From contig JAVBLV010000001.1 of NCBI GenBank assembly GCA_031553195.1, positions 58,138 through 122,137 of the forward strand: a stretch of DNA of 64,000 nt. The letters are read 5' to 3'. This document shows positions 51,811 through 60,853 of this stretch, piece by piece. The translations under genes were made by a program, and so were the position numbers. This DNA comes from Bacteroidales bacterium (GTDB lineage: Bacteria; Bacteroidota; Bacteroidia; Bacteroidales; P3). The notes below the pieces were generated by a model. It was not told where the DNA came from, did no database searches, and saw only the letters and a program-made list of their open reading frames with translations. Each line of letters begins with the position of its first letter. Position 1 is the first letter of the stretch.

Positions 51811-53112
51811 ATGAAAACTAAAAAAGAGATCTATTTGAAATATCTATACCTACTGGGGGTATTTATTATTCAAAGTTTTCAAGCCGGGGGACAAGATACC
51901 AACTTTCAGCAATTGCAAACCCAAATAACCCGGCTTGAACAAAAAATAAAATATTTGGATACCACAATTCGTTGTTTCGAACGCGACAGCCTCGCTGCTC
52001 CTACCCGTAACGATATTGAAAATCATCGGTTGCAGGGGTTGGTTATTACCGATATTAAAAGAATATCCTTACAAATCGGCGGATTTGTACAAGCGGATTT
52101 TATACATGATTTTATGGAAATGACCAATAGAGACGCCTTTCAAACTTCATCCATTGTTGTTCAGACAGATCATCACAACAACACGGAATTCAGTATACGG
52201 CAATCCCGGCTAAACTTTTCAGCTAAGGGCCCTACTCAATTCGGTGATTTTTTTGCTCTGCTTGAATTTGATTTATGGGGACCTAACGGAACGTCTAATC
52301 CCCGGATTCGCCATGCTTGGATCAATATAGGAAAATGGGGATTCGGACAATACTGGAGTAATTTTACAGACAATGATACATGGCCCAATTTAATTGACTT
52401 CTGGGGACCGAATGCCGCTATTTGGAAACGACAGGTGCAAATCCGGTTTACGCAACCTCTAAATAAGCATAATGTTTTGGCTTTTTCTTTAGAACAACCA
52501 GGTTCAGATGTAACCTTCCCTGTTGATTCTACTTCTTGGACTGTACGAACTTTGTACCCTGATTTTATCGGTAGTTATACTTTAAATTGGAACGATAACA
52601 ACAGCCATATCAAATTAAGCGGATTGTTACACCCGATTTCGTACGAGACAAATACCGAAAAAACTCAAAATATTATAGCAGGCGCCTTTAATATTGCAGG
52701 AAATATCCGTACGTTCGGTAACGATGCATTAAAATTTCAGGCTTCTTATGGAACCGGTTACGCCCGGTATAATGAAGATCTTAGCGGGATGGGTTATGAG
52801 GCTATGCCTAATCCTATGAACGGATACGAATTAGAATCTGTCATGCAATATTACTTTTGGATTTTCTACGACCATTGGTGGGGTAAAAAGTTCAGTTCCA
52901 CCATTGGTTGGGGACATGTAGGAATTAATCGGGAAGATTATTTTGCACCCGCAACCATTTCTTATACAAACTATGGCGCAGTGAACTTCCTTTGGTATCC
53001 AAACAAGTATTTCAAAACAGGAATAGAATTTCTTTATGGCAATCGCAAGAACCATAACGGAGAAACCGGCGAGAATTTCAGGATTCAGTATAGCGCTTTT
53101 GTAAGGTTATAA
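51811..53112 (+). CDS. Outer-membrane porin with an N-terminal coiled coil (DcaP-like)
   Basis: 433 aa. Signal peptide, heptad segment QLQTQITRLEQKIKYLD, then an aromatic-rich barrel ending in AFVRL. Confidence 0.5.
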   Translation: MKTKKEIYLKYLYLLGVFIIQSFQAGGQDTNFQQLQTQITRLEQKIKYLDTTIRCFERDSLAAPTRNDIENHRLQGLVITDIKRISLQIGGFVQADFIHDFMEMTNRDAFQTSSIVVQTDHHNNTEFSIRQSRLNFSAKGPTQFGDFFALLEFDLWGPNGTSNPRIRHAWINIGKWGFGQYWSNFTDNDTWPNLIDFWGPNAAIWKRQVQIRFTQPLNKHNVLAFSLEQPGSDVTFPVDSTSWTVRTLYPDFIGSYTLNWNDNNSHIKLSGLLHPISYETNTEKTQNIIAGAFNIAGNIRTFGNDALKFQASYGTGYARYNEDLSGMGYEAMPNPMNGYELESVMQYYFWIFYDHWWGKKFSSTIGWGHVGINREDYFAPATISYTNYGAVNFLWYPNKYFKTGIEFLYGNRKNHNGETGENFRIQYSAFVRL

Positions 53113-53113
53113 T

Positions 53114-53145
53114 GAAAAAACAGGTATCGTAACAATACCTGTTTT
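53114..53145. terminator. Bidirectional terminator between the convergent porin and aminotransferase genes
   Basis: AAAACAGGTAT / ATACCTGTTTT stem flanked by an A-run on one side and a T-run on the other. Confidence 0.65.
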
Positions 53146-53177
53146 AATTCATTTATTGAGAACAGGATTAATTTCTA

Positions 53178-54494
53178 TTATTTTTGATGCTCTTTATGGA
53201 ATTGTTGTAAACGCTTTTCCAATTCGGGTAACTGGGAGCGTTTAATCAGAGATACGCAAGCGCGGATTCCTTCGGTTCGTTGACTTCCGGTAATACCTAA
53301 TGCAATTGCACTGATTCCATAGTGGACCAATTCCGTTAATAAATCTTCCCCACTAAATCCCGGATAAGAAAAAGTAAAGTAAAATCCATCGGCGATAGGT
53401 TCATCTAAATCTTTGTCGTACACAATTTTAAATCCATTCTCGACAAACATTTTCTTCATTATCTTTGCCTTTTCTCCATATTCTTTTACATCCTCTACAA
53501 AGTTATAGCGTCCTTCATTAACGGCTTTCAAAATAGCGGTTAAGGCATATTGTGGAGAATGCGCCGTTCCGGAGCTTAAAACATACAAAGAACCAAAAAC
53601 CATTGCTCTTCCAAAGCTGTCGGTGTTATAATATTTTCGTAGTTCTTCCGATTTGGAATTAAATAACGTAGGGCTAATTACCATCATCCCAATACGTTGT
53701 CCTGCATAACTAAACGATTTTGAGCTTGATATCAATAGAATGTATTTCTCGGTGTATTTTCCTACCGAAGGTTGATAAGGAGGCACTCCGGGTTTTGAAT
53801 AGTCTTTGCGAAAATCCATTGCAAAATAAGCCAAATCTTCGATCACAACAACATCGTATTTAGAAGCTAATTCGCCGATAATTCTCAATTCCTGATCGGT
53901 GAAACAAATCCACGAAGGGTTGTTAGGGTTTGAATAAAGCATGCAACTAATGTCGCCTTTCGACAGATAAGATTCCAATTTTGCTCTTAATTTTTCGCCC
54001 CTATAATCATAAACGTCGAAACTTTCAGTAGGAATTCCTAATATTTGACATTGTTGTTTTTGAACAGGGAAACCCGGATCGACAAATAAAACTTTATTCT
54101 TTTTTCCGTTCATTCTACTAATCGTAAGAAACGAAGCAAACCCCCCTTGCATAGAGCCTACAGTTGGCAAACAACATTCGGTGGGGATATCCAGGTCGAC
54201 AAAATTCTTCACAAATAATGAAATTTGCGATTTTAATTCGTCGGTTCCATAAATCTCGGGATAAATGGATGCTACTCCATTACGTAGCGCTTCTATTTCA
54301 GCTTCTACGCCAATTTGAGACGCCGGAAGCCCGGGAATACCCATTTCCATTTTAATAAATTCTACCCCGGTTTCTTTTTCGATGTCTTGAATCATCTTTT
54401 TTACTTCGCGGATAGACGCTTTGCCAATGTTTTGTATACTGTTTTTTTGAGCGATTTTTGCGACAAGTTCGCGGTTTAATGGTATGTTGTTCAT
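53178..54494 (-). CDS. PLP-dependent aminotransferase (class I/II fold)
   Basis: 438 aa. SSSKSFSYAGQRIG (PLP lysine context). Confidence 0.7.
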   Translation of the reverse strand: MNNIPLNRELVAKIAQKNSIQNIGKASIREVKKMIQDIEKETGVEFIKMEMGIPGLPASQIGVEAEIEALRNGVASIYPEIYGTDELKSQISLFVKNFVDLDIPTECCLPTVGSMQGGFASFLTISRMNGKKNKVLFVDPGFPVQKQQCQILGIPTESFDVYDYRGEKLRAKLESYLSKGDISCMLYSNPNNPSWICFTDQELRIIGELASKYDVVVIEDLAYFAMDFRKDYSKPGVPPYQPSVGKYTEKYILLISSSKSFSYAGQRIGMMVISPTLFNSKSEELRKYYNTDSFGRAMVFGSLYVLSSGTAHSPQYALTAILKAVNEGRYNFVEDVKEYGEKAKIMKKMFVENGFKIVYDKDLDEPIADGFYFTFSYPGFSGEDLLTELVHYGISAIALGITGSQRTEGIRACVSLIKRSQLPELEKRLQQFHKEHQK

Positions 54495-54520
54495 TACAAA
54501 TATTATTTTTAAGTATCTAA

Positions 54521-55429
54521 TTAAGGATTAAATGCGCTTTTAACCTTATTCACATTAATAGGACTTATTAACCTGATTGCTTCTAATACATCGGTCTTTT
54601 CCGGCTCGGAAGCAGGGGTAAAAATACTGATGATTTCGCTGATTTTTGCATCGCCAAATAATTGCACGGCAAATAAATTCTGTTTTTCTTTGGTTACCGC
54701 TTGCACAAGTTTTAAAGCTTCAATAATGCTGGCGCGGGCTTTTGTTTGATTGACGCTCATCATGTCCAACCCTAAACGATGATATTGATAATTGGCTTCT
54801 CTCAAACCTTTGTATAAGGGGTTGGTATAATTTTCTATCAACCAATATTTATTTTTACTTCCTTCAAAGGATTTCCATCCCTTAGAGTCCGATTTGTCCG
54901 CTGTTTGAACAATAGTTTGAGCCATCGTAAAAAATGTCGTTCCGCCGTATTGAGAATAAGAATCAAAATCGAGTCCGAGAAGAATATATAAGTAGAAAGC
55001 AATGGTCGATGAAAGATTAGTGTAATATGTGTTAGAAGAAAACTCGATAGGAACGGTTTCATCGTAGGTGAAAACAAATTCAGGTTCCATATAATTAAAC
55101 ATCGTCGTCGTATAGTTGGAATTATATACAGGCCGGCGCGACTGTATGTTTAGTTGCGCTTTAAAAGTTGTTCTGGAAGTTTGTTCGGAAATAATAAGTC
55201 CGATGCTACAGTCTATCTTTTCTTCAGGTTTAAATGTATAGTTTGTCCATTTACGGTTATTTATGAAGTTTTCAAGAGCCGCTTTCATCGTTTCGAACAC
55301 TCTTTTATCTGTCGATTGTACTTGTTGCGCGCTTACCGAAACCTGACATCTGAATTCCTGCGCTTTTACCTTCGGGAAGAAGAAAAAACACAAATAAGAA
55401 AATAAAAAAACGACAAAATATTTCTTCAT
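54521..55429 (-). CDS. Conserved secreted protein of unknown function, of the kind found next to coaBC in Bacteroidota
   Basis: 302 aa. Signal peptide ending in KAQE. Confidence 0.45.
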   Translation of the reverse strand: MKKYFVVFLFSYLCFFFFPKVKAQEFRCQVSVSAQQVQSTDKRVFETMKAALENFINNRKWTNYTFKPEEKIDCSIGLIISEQTSRTTFKAQLNIQSRRPVYNSNYTTTMFNYMEPEFVFTYDETVPIEFSSNTYYTNLSSTIAFYLYILLGLDFDSYSQYGGTTFFTMAQTIVQTADKSDSKGWKSFEGSKNKYWLIENYTNPLYKGLREANYQYHRLGLDMMSVNQTKARASIIEALKLVQAVTKEKQNLFAVQLFGDAKISEIISIFTPASEPEKTDVLEAIRLISPINVNKVKSAFNP

Positions 55430-55448
55430 AATATGACCACAATGATTG

Positions 55449-55456
55449 CAAAAGTA
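55449..55456 (-). promoter_or_regulatory. -7 box TACTTTTG (plus-strand CAAAAGTA)
   Basis: Matches TAnnTTTG, 20 nt upstream of the start at 55429. Confidence 0.35.
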
Positions 55457-55612
55457 GCTAATTTTTCAATGTCCAATTATTTCAAAAAGAGTAAAAATGA
55501 AATCCTGCGCCCTGTTTACATTTAAGTAACAGTTCAAATTTTATTGCGCAAATTTCAGATACCTAATTCCCTTTTTTCTTGAGGACTGTTATTTTCGCTT
55601 ATACCTTACGAA

Positions 55613-56800
55613 TCAGAAGAGAGACGATAGTTTTTCCACAATATCGATAGCCGCTTCCTTTTTAGATTTTAGTTCAAAAGCTTCGATGTTCCCCTCTTTA
55701 TCCAAAATTGTAATTTTATTTGTCGGAACTGCAAAACCGGCCCCTTCGTCGTTAAGCGAATTTAAAACGATAAAATCAAGGTTTTTATTTTTCAATTTTT
55801 GTTTTGCATTCTCAATTTCACTTTCCGTTTCCAGGGCAAAACCGACTAACTTCTGATTTGATTTTTTTTGTTGTCCCAATGAAGCCAAAATGTCTTTTGT
55901 TTGTACAAGATTGATATTTAACGTATCATCTGATTTTTTTATTTTATTGGCAGAAAATTCTTTGGGTGAAAAATCGGCTACGGCCGCCGATAATATAGCC
56001 GCATCGGAAGAAGGAAAGTATTTCTCGCAAAGTTCATACATTTGTTGAGCCGATTCTATGTTTAAACGAACAACATTTGGATGGGAGATTGTTAAATGTG
56101 TGGGACCTGCTATCAGAGTGACTTTTGCACCCCGGTTTGCCAACGTTTCGGCAATAGAAAAGCCCATCAAACCAGTAGAAAAATTCCCGATATAACGAAC
56201 AGCGTCAATCTTTTCGTAGGTAGGACCTGCTGTTACCAAAATGCTTTTTCCTGTCAAAGAAGTTGTTTTTTGAAAAAAGTTTTCAATAAAACGAACAATA
56301 TTTTCGGGTTCTTCCATTCGTCCTTTGCCTTCGTAGCCGCAAGCCAAATCGCCAATTGCCGGCTCAATCAGATGAATGTCGTTCGATTTTAATGTAGATA
56401 AGTTCTTTTGTACGCTGAAATGTTCATACATCTTACAGTTCATACTTGGACAAATAAACAAAGGTTTTGAAAAAGCCAACAAAGTAGTTGACAATGCGTC
56501 GTCGGCAATTCCATTTGCTAATTTTCCGATAATATTGGCGGTTGCAGGGGCTAAGATCATCAAGTCTGCCCAATCGGTCAATGCAATATGTTCTGTTGAA
56601 TACTCATTGTCCGAAGAAAACATATCGAAATAAATATTATTTTGCGTAAGCGTTTCTAATGTTTTTTGAGTTACAAATTCCAATCCGCTCTGGGTAATAA
56701 CAACTTTGACTTCCGCCCCTGTTTTTTTTAGCAAACGAATAAGCGAAGGGATTTTATAAGCGGCAATTCCGCCGCTGATGCCAATAAGTATTCTGTTCAT
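55613..56800 (-). CDS. coaBC: Bifunctional phosphopantothenoylcysteine decarboxylase / phosphopantothenate--cysteine ligase
   Basis: 395 aa. GISGGIAAYK, PATANIIGK, ACGYEGKGRMEEP, AAVADF. Confidence 0.9.
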   Translation of the reverse strand: MNRILIGISGGIAAYKIPSLIRLLKKTGAEVKVVITQSGLEFVTQKTLETLTQNNIYFDMFSSDNEYSTEHIALTDWADLMILAPATANIIGKLANGIADDALSTTLLAFSKPLFICPSMNCKMYEHFSVQKNLSTLKSNDIHLIEPAIGDLACGYEGKGRMEEPENIVRFIENFFQKTTSLTGKSILVTAGPTYEKIDAVRYIGNFSTGLMGFSIAETLANRGAKVTLIAGPTHLTISHPNVVRLNIESAQQMYELCEKYFPSSDAAILSAAVADFSPKEFSANKIKKSDDTLNINLVQTKDILASLGQQKKSNQKLVGFALETESEIENAKQKLKNKNLDFIVLNSLNDEGAGFAVPTNKITILDKEGNIEAFELKSKKEAAIDIVEKLSSLF

Positions 56801-56904
56801 AAATATTCCGTCCTTCTTTTATTTTTTATTGAACTCTTTTTCGGACAATTTCATTTTTTGCCTTCGAGAAAATAACGGATTTTGGTTTGTAATCTTTTAT
56901 TGAA

Positions 56905-56912
56905 CAAAGGTA
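56905..56912 (-). promoter_or_regulatory. -7 box TACCTTTG (plus-strand CAAAGGTA) upstream of coaBC
   Basis: Matches TAnnTTTG, 105 nt upstream of the start at 56800. Confidence 0.35.
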
Positions 56913-56933
56913 CAATTTAATTTTTGCTTAAGA

Positions 56934-57087
56934 AGCTGTCTAAATTTTTCGAGAAAAGATTTTGAGAAATAAAAACAGCGAGTTTGAAGACGGAATTTTT
57001 CAAGAATAGTAGAGCTATTTAGTAAAGATTCTGACAAAAAAGAGCGTTTTTAGGATTAAAATACTTCGTAGAAAAATTCTAATATCC
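56934..57087 (-). repeat. Copy 5 of the palindromic intergenic repeat (most diverged; one terminus degenerate)
   Basis: AGCTGTCTAAATTTTTCGAGAAAAGATTTTGAG ... GGAATTTTTCAAGAATAGTAGAGCTATTTAG ... GAAAAATTCTAATATCC. Confidence 0.75.
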
Positions 57088-57287
57088 GATATTTTTATTC
57101 AGCTCGCATATAATTGATAGGATGTTTTAAACTACCGGATCTCTAAAACTGGTATTTATACCAATTGGAATTTGTAATTAGTCCGCAAAATAATCATTGT
57201 TCTAATCGCAATCAATTATATTCCAAATATTTTGGAAACATTTGAAGTCTGAAAGGTTGGACTATCTTCAATATGCAAATGGTATAA

Positions 57288-57482
57288 CGAGGAGCGGCAA
57301 ATGCCGCTTATTTCACTTTTTTTGATTTGGGAGTTGGTCTCGGCACAGCCATAGGCGGATTAATCATAGAAAAATTGAGTTTCCAATACCTGTATGCTGT
57401 TTGCGCCAGTTTTGCTCATTTAGGGATTGATTTATTTTTTACGGTATCGGCAGGCTATTTTAAGAGAAATAAATTAAAATAA
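57288..57482 (+). pseudogene. 3' remnant (last ~64 codons) of an MFS transporter gene
   Basis: Frame reads RGAANAAYFTFFDLGVGLGTAIGGLIIEKLSFQYLYAVCASFAHLGIDLFFTVSAGYFKRNKLK*, resembling the last two MFS helices. An in-frame TAA lies at 57285..57287 and no upstream coding continuation is visible. Confidence 0.45.
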
Positions 57483-57490
57483 TACAGAAT

Positions 57491-57549
57491 AAAAAATGGA
57501 CTCGTCCTAAATAAACCCACTCCGTTTATTTAGGACGAGTCCATTTTTC
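57491..57549. terminator. Very strong bidirectional hairpin terminator
   Basis: Perfect 22-bp stem AATGGACTCGTCCTAAATAAAC / GTTTATTTAGGACGAGTCCATT with a 7-nt loop, and A-runs and T-runs on either side. Lies between the MFS remnant and the 3' end of the M16 peptidase gene. Confidence 0.75.
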
Positions 57550-57575
57550 TTATACCAAGAACTGCTTTAAGAAGC

Positions 57576-60431
57576 TTATTTTTCTTTTTCAGTAACCTTC
57601 TTTTCCGGTTTTAGCGTTACCCTAACATACTCTTCGACGCTTAAGTATTTTTTAGCAAAAGCTTTGATATCGTCGTTAGTAATTGCATTTACATCTTCGG
57701 AATATTTTTCGAAACTCCTCAAAGAAATATTTTCCCAATAATAAACGTAGAGCATACCCACCCATGTATTATTCTGTTTCATAGCGGTCTCCCGTTTACT
57801 GATAAGTTGTTTCTTTACTTTCTCAAGCGTTTCTTTGTCGGTTCCTTTCTTTTGATATTTCTTCAACAAATTCAAAACGGCTTTGGTTATCTTATCCACG
57901 CGATCGGGTTTGCATTGGATGATCATAGATAAACTAATTTCAGAATTCGGATATTTTTCAATATCAAGTTCTATGTGAGGAGAATAAGCGCTGCCCATTT
58001 TCTCTCTTATTTCTTCCGTTATAGAAATTTGGAGCGCTTCGGAAAGAACAGAAACTATTGTCCGTTCTTTTGTGTTATCGTAATCGTCAAACATTTTGCA
58101 TTCGATTATCGCCAGCGTTGCTTTATCCTCAGTTCCTTTAATTACTTCTTTGTTTACAATGCCTTTTGCAAATGGAGAGGATCTGTTTATCCAAACTTCT
58201 TTTTTATTTGAAGAGGGCAAACTTCCAAGATATTTTTCTATCATTCTCAAAGTAGAATCAGAGTCGATATTGCCGACAAATAAAAAGGTGAAATTTCCTG
58301 AGTTAGGACCAAAACGCTCTGTATAGATTCTGTAAGCTTGCTCTAAATTCAAACTGTTCAAGTCTTCTTCCGAAGGGATGACAATCATACGCTTTGAATC
58401 GGGGTAGGTAGCTTTTTGCAATTCTTTATAAAAAGCGGCTTCCGGACTAGCATTGATGAATCTTAATTGATTTTTTAACTGAGAAACATATTTATCAAAA
58501 GCTTCCTGATCTTTCCTCGGTTCCTTAAAAAATAAATAAATCAACTGTAAAGCTGTTTCAAAATCTTTTGGAGAACAACTTCCTGAAAATCCTTGCGTTA
58601 ATTCTCCAATATTGGGAGAAAGAGCAATATTTTTACCTTTTAGTTTTTTCGTTAATTGAGTTTTGTCGAAGTCTCCGATTCCGCTTCCGCCAATAATATT
58701 GGCAGCCATGCTTGCATTAAAATATAAATTATCGTCATATAAAGAACTTCCTCCGGGGCTAAAAGCATTGATCAGGATTTCATCGTTTTTAAAATCAGTA
58801 GCTTTAACAATTACGCGTATTCCGTTATTCAAAGTATATTCGGTATATCCGAATTCTGCATTTGATTTTGTATTAATAATTTTTCCGCCGGTAAGCGTTT
58901 CTTTAATTAACGGCTCTTCTTTGAAGTTATCGACATAAGCGCTCAACGTTTCTTTTTTAGCTGCGTCTAATATAGATATGATAGTCTTTTCGGTGGGAAT
59001 CAATAGATCCTCTTTTTTAGGAGCAGTCAGCGCCAGAACAAAATTTTCGTCGGTTATCCATTTTGTTACTAATGCATTTACCTCTTCCAATTGAATATCT
59101 CCCAAAAATTCTGTAACATACTTTAGTTCTGTTTCTATGCCAGGGATAGGTTCCTGTTTCAAATAATTATTTACATATTCTCCGGCCAAAGTTGTAGACT
59201 GAGTCTTATCGGCTTCTTTGGCCGCTTTTTCGTAAGAACTCAAAATATCTTCTTTCTGGCGTTCAAATTCCGTATTGAGGAATCCATGTTGTTTTACCCT
59301 ATAGATTTCTCTCAAAATCATTTGCAGAGATTCGTCTATCTGATTTTCTTTAGGATAACAATCCGCGCTAAAAACGTCTGAGGAGTGACTCAAGAAATTA
59401 CCATAGGATGTTTGAGCGAAAATAAAAGGGCAATCGGGTTTTTGTCCCAACTCGTTTAACCGGCTGTTCAGCATTCCGGTAAATAACCTGTAGGTTAAAC
59501 CTGTTTTGTAATCACCTATGGTTGATTCTTTTACATGAGGATGCTTCCAGAAAAAGGACAAGGATATGCCCGTCGCTTCTTTATCGGTAGCAATGGCAAT
59601 AAGCGGTTCCTTATTGTTGGGAATATCATAATATTTACGTTCCCTTGGATTCTCATGCTTGGGATAATTTCCAAAATATTGTTTTATTTTGGCCTCCATT
59701 TTATCAGCATCAAAATCGCCGACTAAAATAATCGCCGTTAAATCAGGACGGTACCAATCTTTATAAAATCTGCGGATAGTCTCATATTTAAAACTTTGCA
59801 ATACTTCCAATGTTCCTATAGGCAAACGTTTTGCATAACGCGAGTCTTTCAGCATAATAGGAAGAATCGCATTTGATAAACGTTCGCTGGCGCCAAGTCC
59901 CGTACGGCGTTCTTCTATAATAACCCCGCGTTCCTTATCTATTTCTTTTACATCCATTAACATACCAAAAGCCCATCCATCCAAAACTTTGAATCCTAAC
60001 TCGATAGATTCTTCATTGTTGGTCGGAACATCCACGTTATAAACCGTTTCATCAAAGAAGGTATATGCGTTTACATGGCTTCCGAAAGTAATTCCATTTT
60101 TTTGTAAAATATTAATCATTTCGTTGCCTTTGAAATACTTGGTTCCATTGAAAGCCATGTGTTCCGTAAAATGGGCCAGTCCTAATTGATCATCGTCTTC
60201 CAAAATAGAACCTGCATTAACAGCCAGTTGAAACTGCGCTCTCTTTTCCGGTTTTTTATTTACGCGGATATAATAGGTCAATCCATTATCGAGTTTTCCA
60301 ACACGGACCTTCTTATCCACAGATATTGGAGCATTTAAGTCCGAAGATTTTTTCGATTTAGGTTGAAATTGGGCGAAAGTTATTAATGGGAATAAACAGA
60401 GCCCCAGGATTAAAAATTTGATATTTTTCAT
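57576..60431 (-). CDS. M16-family (pitrilysin/insulinase-like) zinc peptidase, double-length
   Basis: 951 aa. Signal peptide. Inverted zinc motif HFTEHMAFNGT (HxxEH). Confidence 0.85.
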   Translation of the reverse strand: MKNIKFLILGLCLFPLITFAQFQPKSKKSSDLNAPISVDKKVRVGKLDNGLTYYIRVNKKPEKRAQFQLAVNAGSILEDDDQLGLAHFTEHMAFNGTKYFKGNEMINILQKNGITFGSHVNAYTFFDETVYNVDVPTNNEESIELGFKVLDGWAFGMLMDVKEIDKERGVIIEERRTGLGASERLSNAILPIMLKDSRYAKRLPIGTLEVLQSFKYETIRRFYKDWYRPDLTAIILVGDFDADKMEAKIKQYFGNYPKHENPRERKYYDIPNNKEPLIAIATDKEATGISLSFFWKHPHVKESTIGDYKTGLTYRLFTGMLNSRLNELGQKPDCPFIFAQTSYGNFLSHSSDVFSADCYPKENQIDESLQMILREIYRVKQHGFLNTEFERQKEDILSSYEKAAKEADKTQSTTLAGEYVNNYLKQEPIPGIETELKYVTEFLGDIQLEEVNALVTKWITDENFVLALTAPKKEDLLIPTEKTIISILDAAKKETLSAYVDNFKEEPLIKETLTGGKIINTKSNAEFGYTEYTLNNGIRVIVKATDFKNDEILINAFSPGGSSLYDDNLYFNASMAANIIGGSGIGDFDKTQLTKKLKGKNIALSPNIGELTQGFSGSCSPKDFETALQLIYLFFKEPRKDQEAFDKYVSQLKNQLRFINASPEAAFYKELQKATYPDSKRMIVIPSEEDLNSLNLEQAYRIYTERFGPNSGNFTFLFVGNIDSDSTLRMIEKYLGSLPSSNKKEVWINRSSPFAKGIVNKEVIKGTEDKATLAIIECKMFDDYDNTKERTIVSVLSEALQISITEEIREKMGSAYSPHIELDIEKYPNSEISLSMIIQCKPDRVDKITKAVLNLLKKYQKKGTDKETLEKVKKQLISKRETAMKQNNTWVGMLYVYYWENISLRSFEKYSEDVNAITNDDIKAFAKKYLSVEEYVRVTLKPEKKVTEKEK

Positions 60432-60809
60432 ATATTTATTATTTATTGATTTGGTTATTTTTCCTGACTTTTTATAATGTTCAACAGAAACGTTTTGCTA
60501 AGTAATCCACTCTCCTGCTTCTGTTTTTTTACCAGCGTCAAAAAAATCGTCGCTTTTATGACATTGGCATAAATATCGCTCTATTATTTAAATAGAGACT
60601 ATAAAAGAACAAACGTTTTTGCTGTATTAAGCAAGTAATACACTGCAAAAATACAATAAATTCTGAATTCTATAGCACTTCACTATATTAAATGTTTCTA
60701 AAGATTTTTTCATTGACAATTGCGCTACGTATATTTTTTTCATAATCAAACGTTTATATAGGAAGCAAATAAATGGATAAACCAATATTTTATATCTTGT
60801 TTTATTTTG

Positions 60810-60817
60810 TAAATTTG
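60810..60817 (+). promoter_or_regulatory. -7 box TAAATTTG for glmS
   Basis: Matches TAnnTTTG, 37 nt before the ATG at 60854. Confidence 0.45.
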
Positions 60818-60853
60818 TAGTAAATCTTCAATGTTTAATTTTATTATTTATCT

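Noticed and set aside
60432-60853. Possible glmS ribozyme upstream of glmS
   Set aside because: No conserved ribozyme core is visible. The element is characteristic of Gram-positive lineages, and the likely promoter box sits only 37 nt from the ATG.
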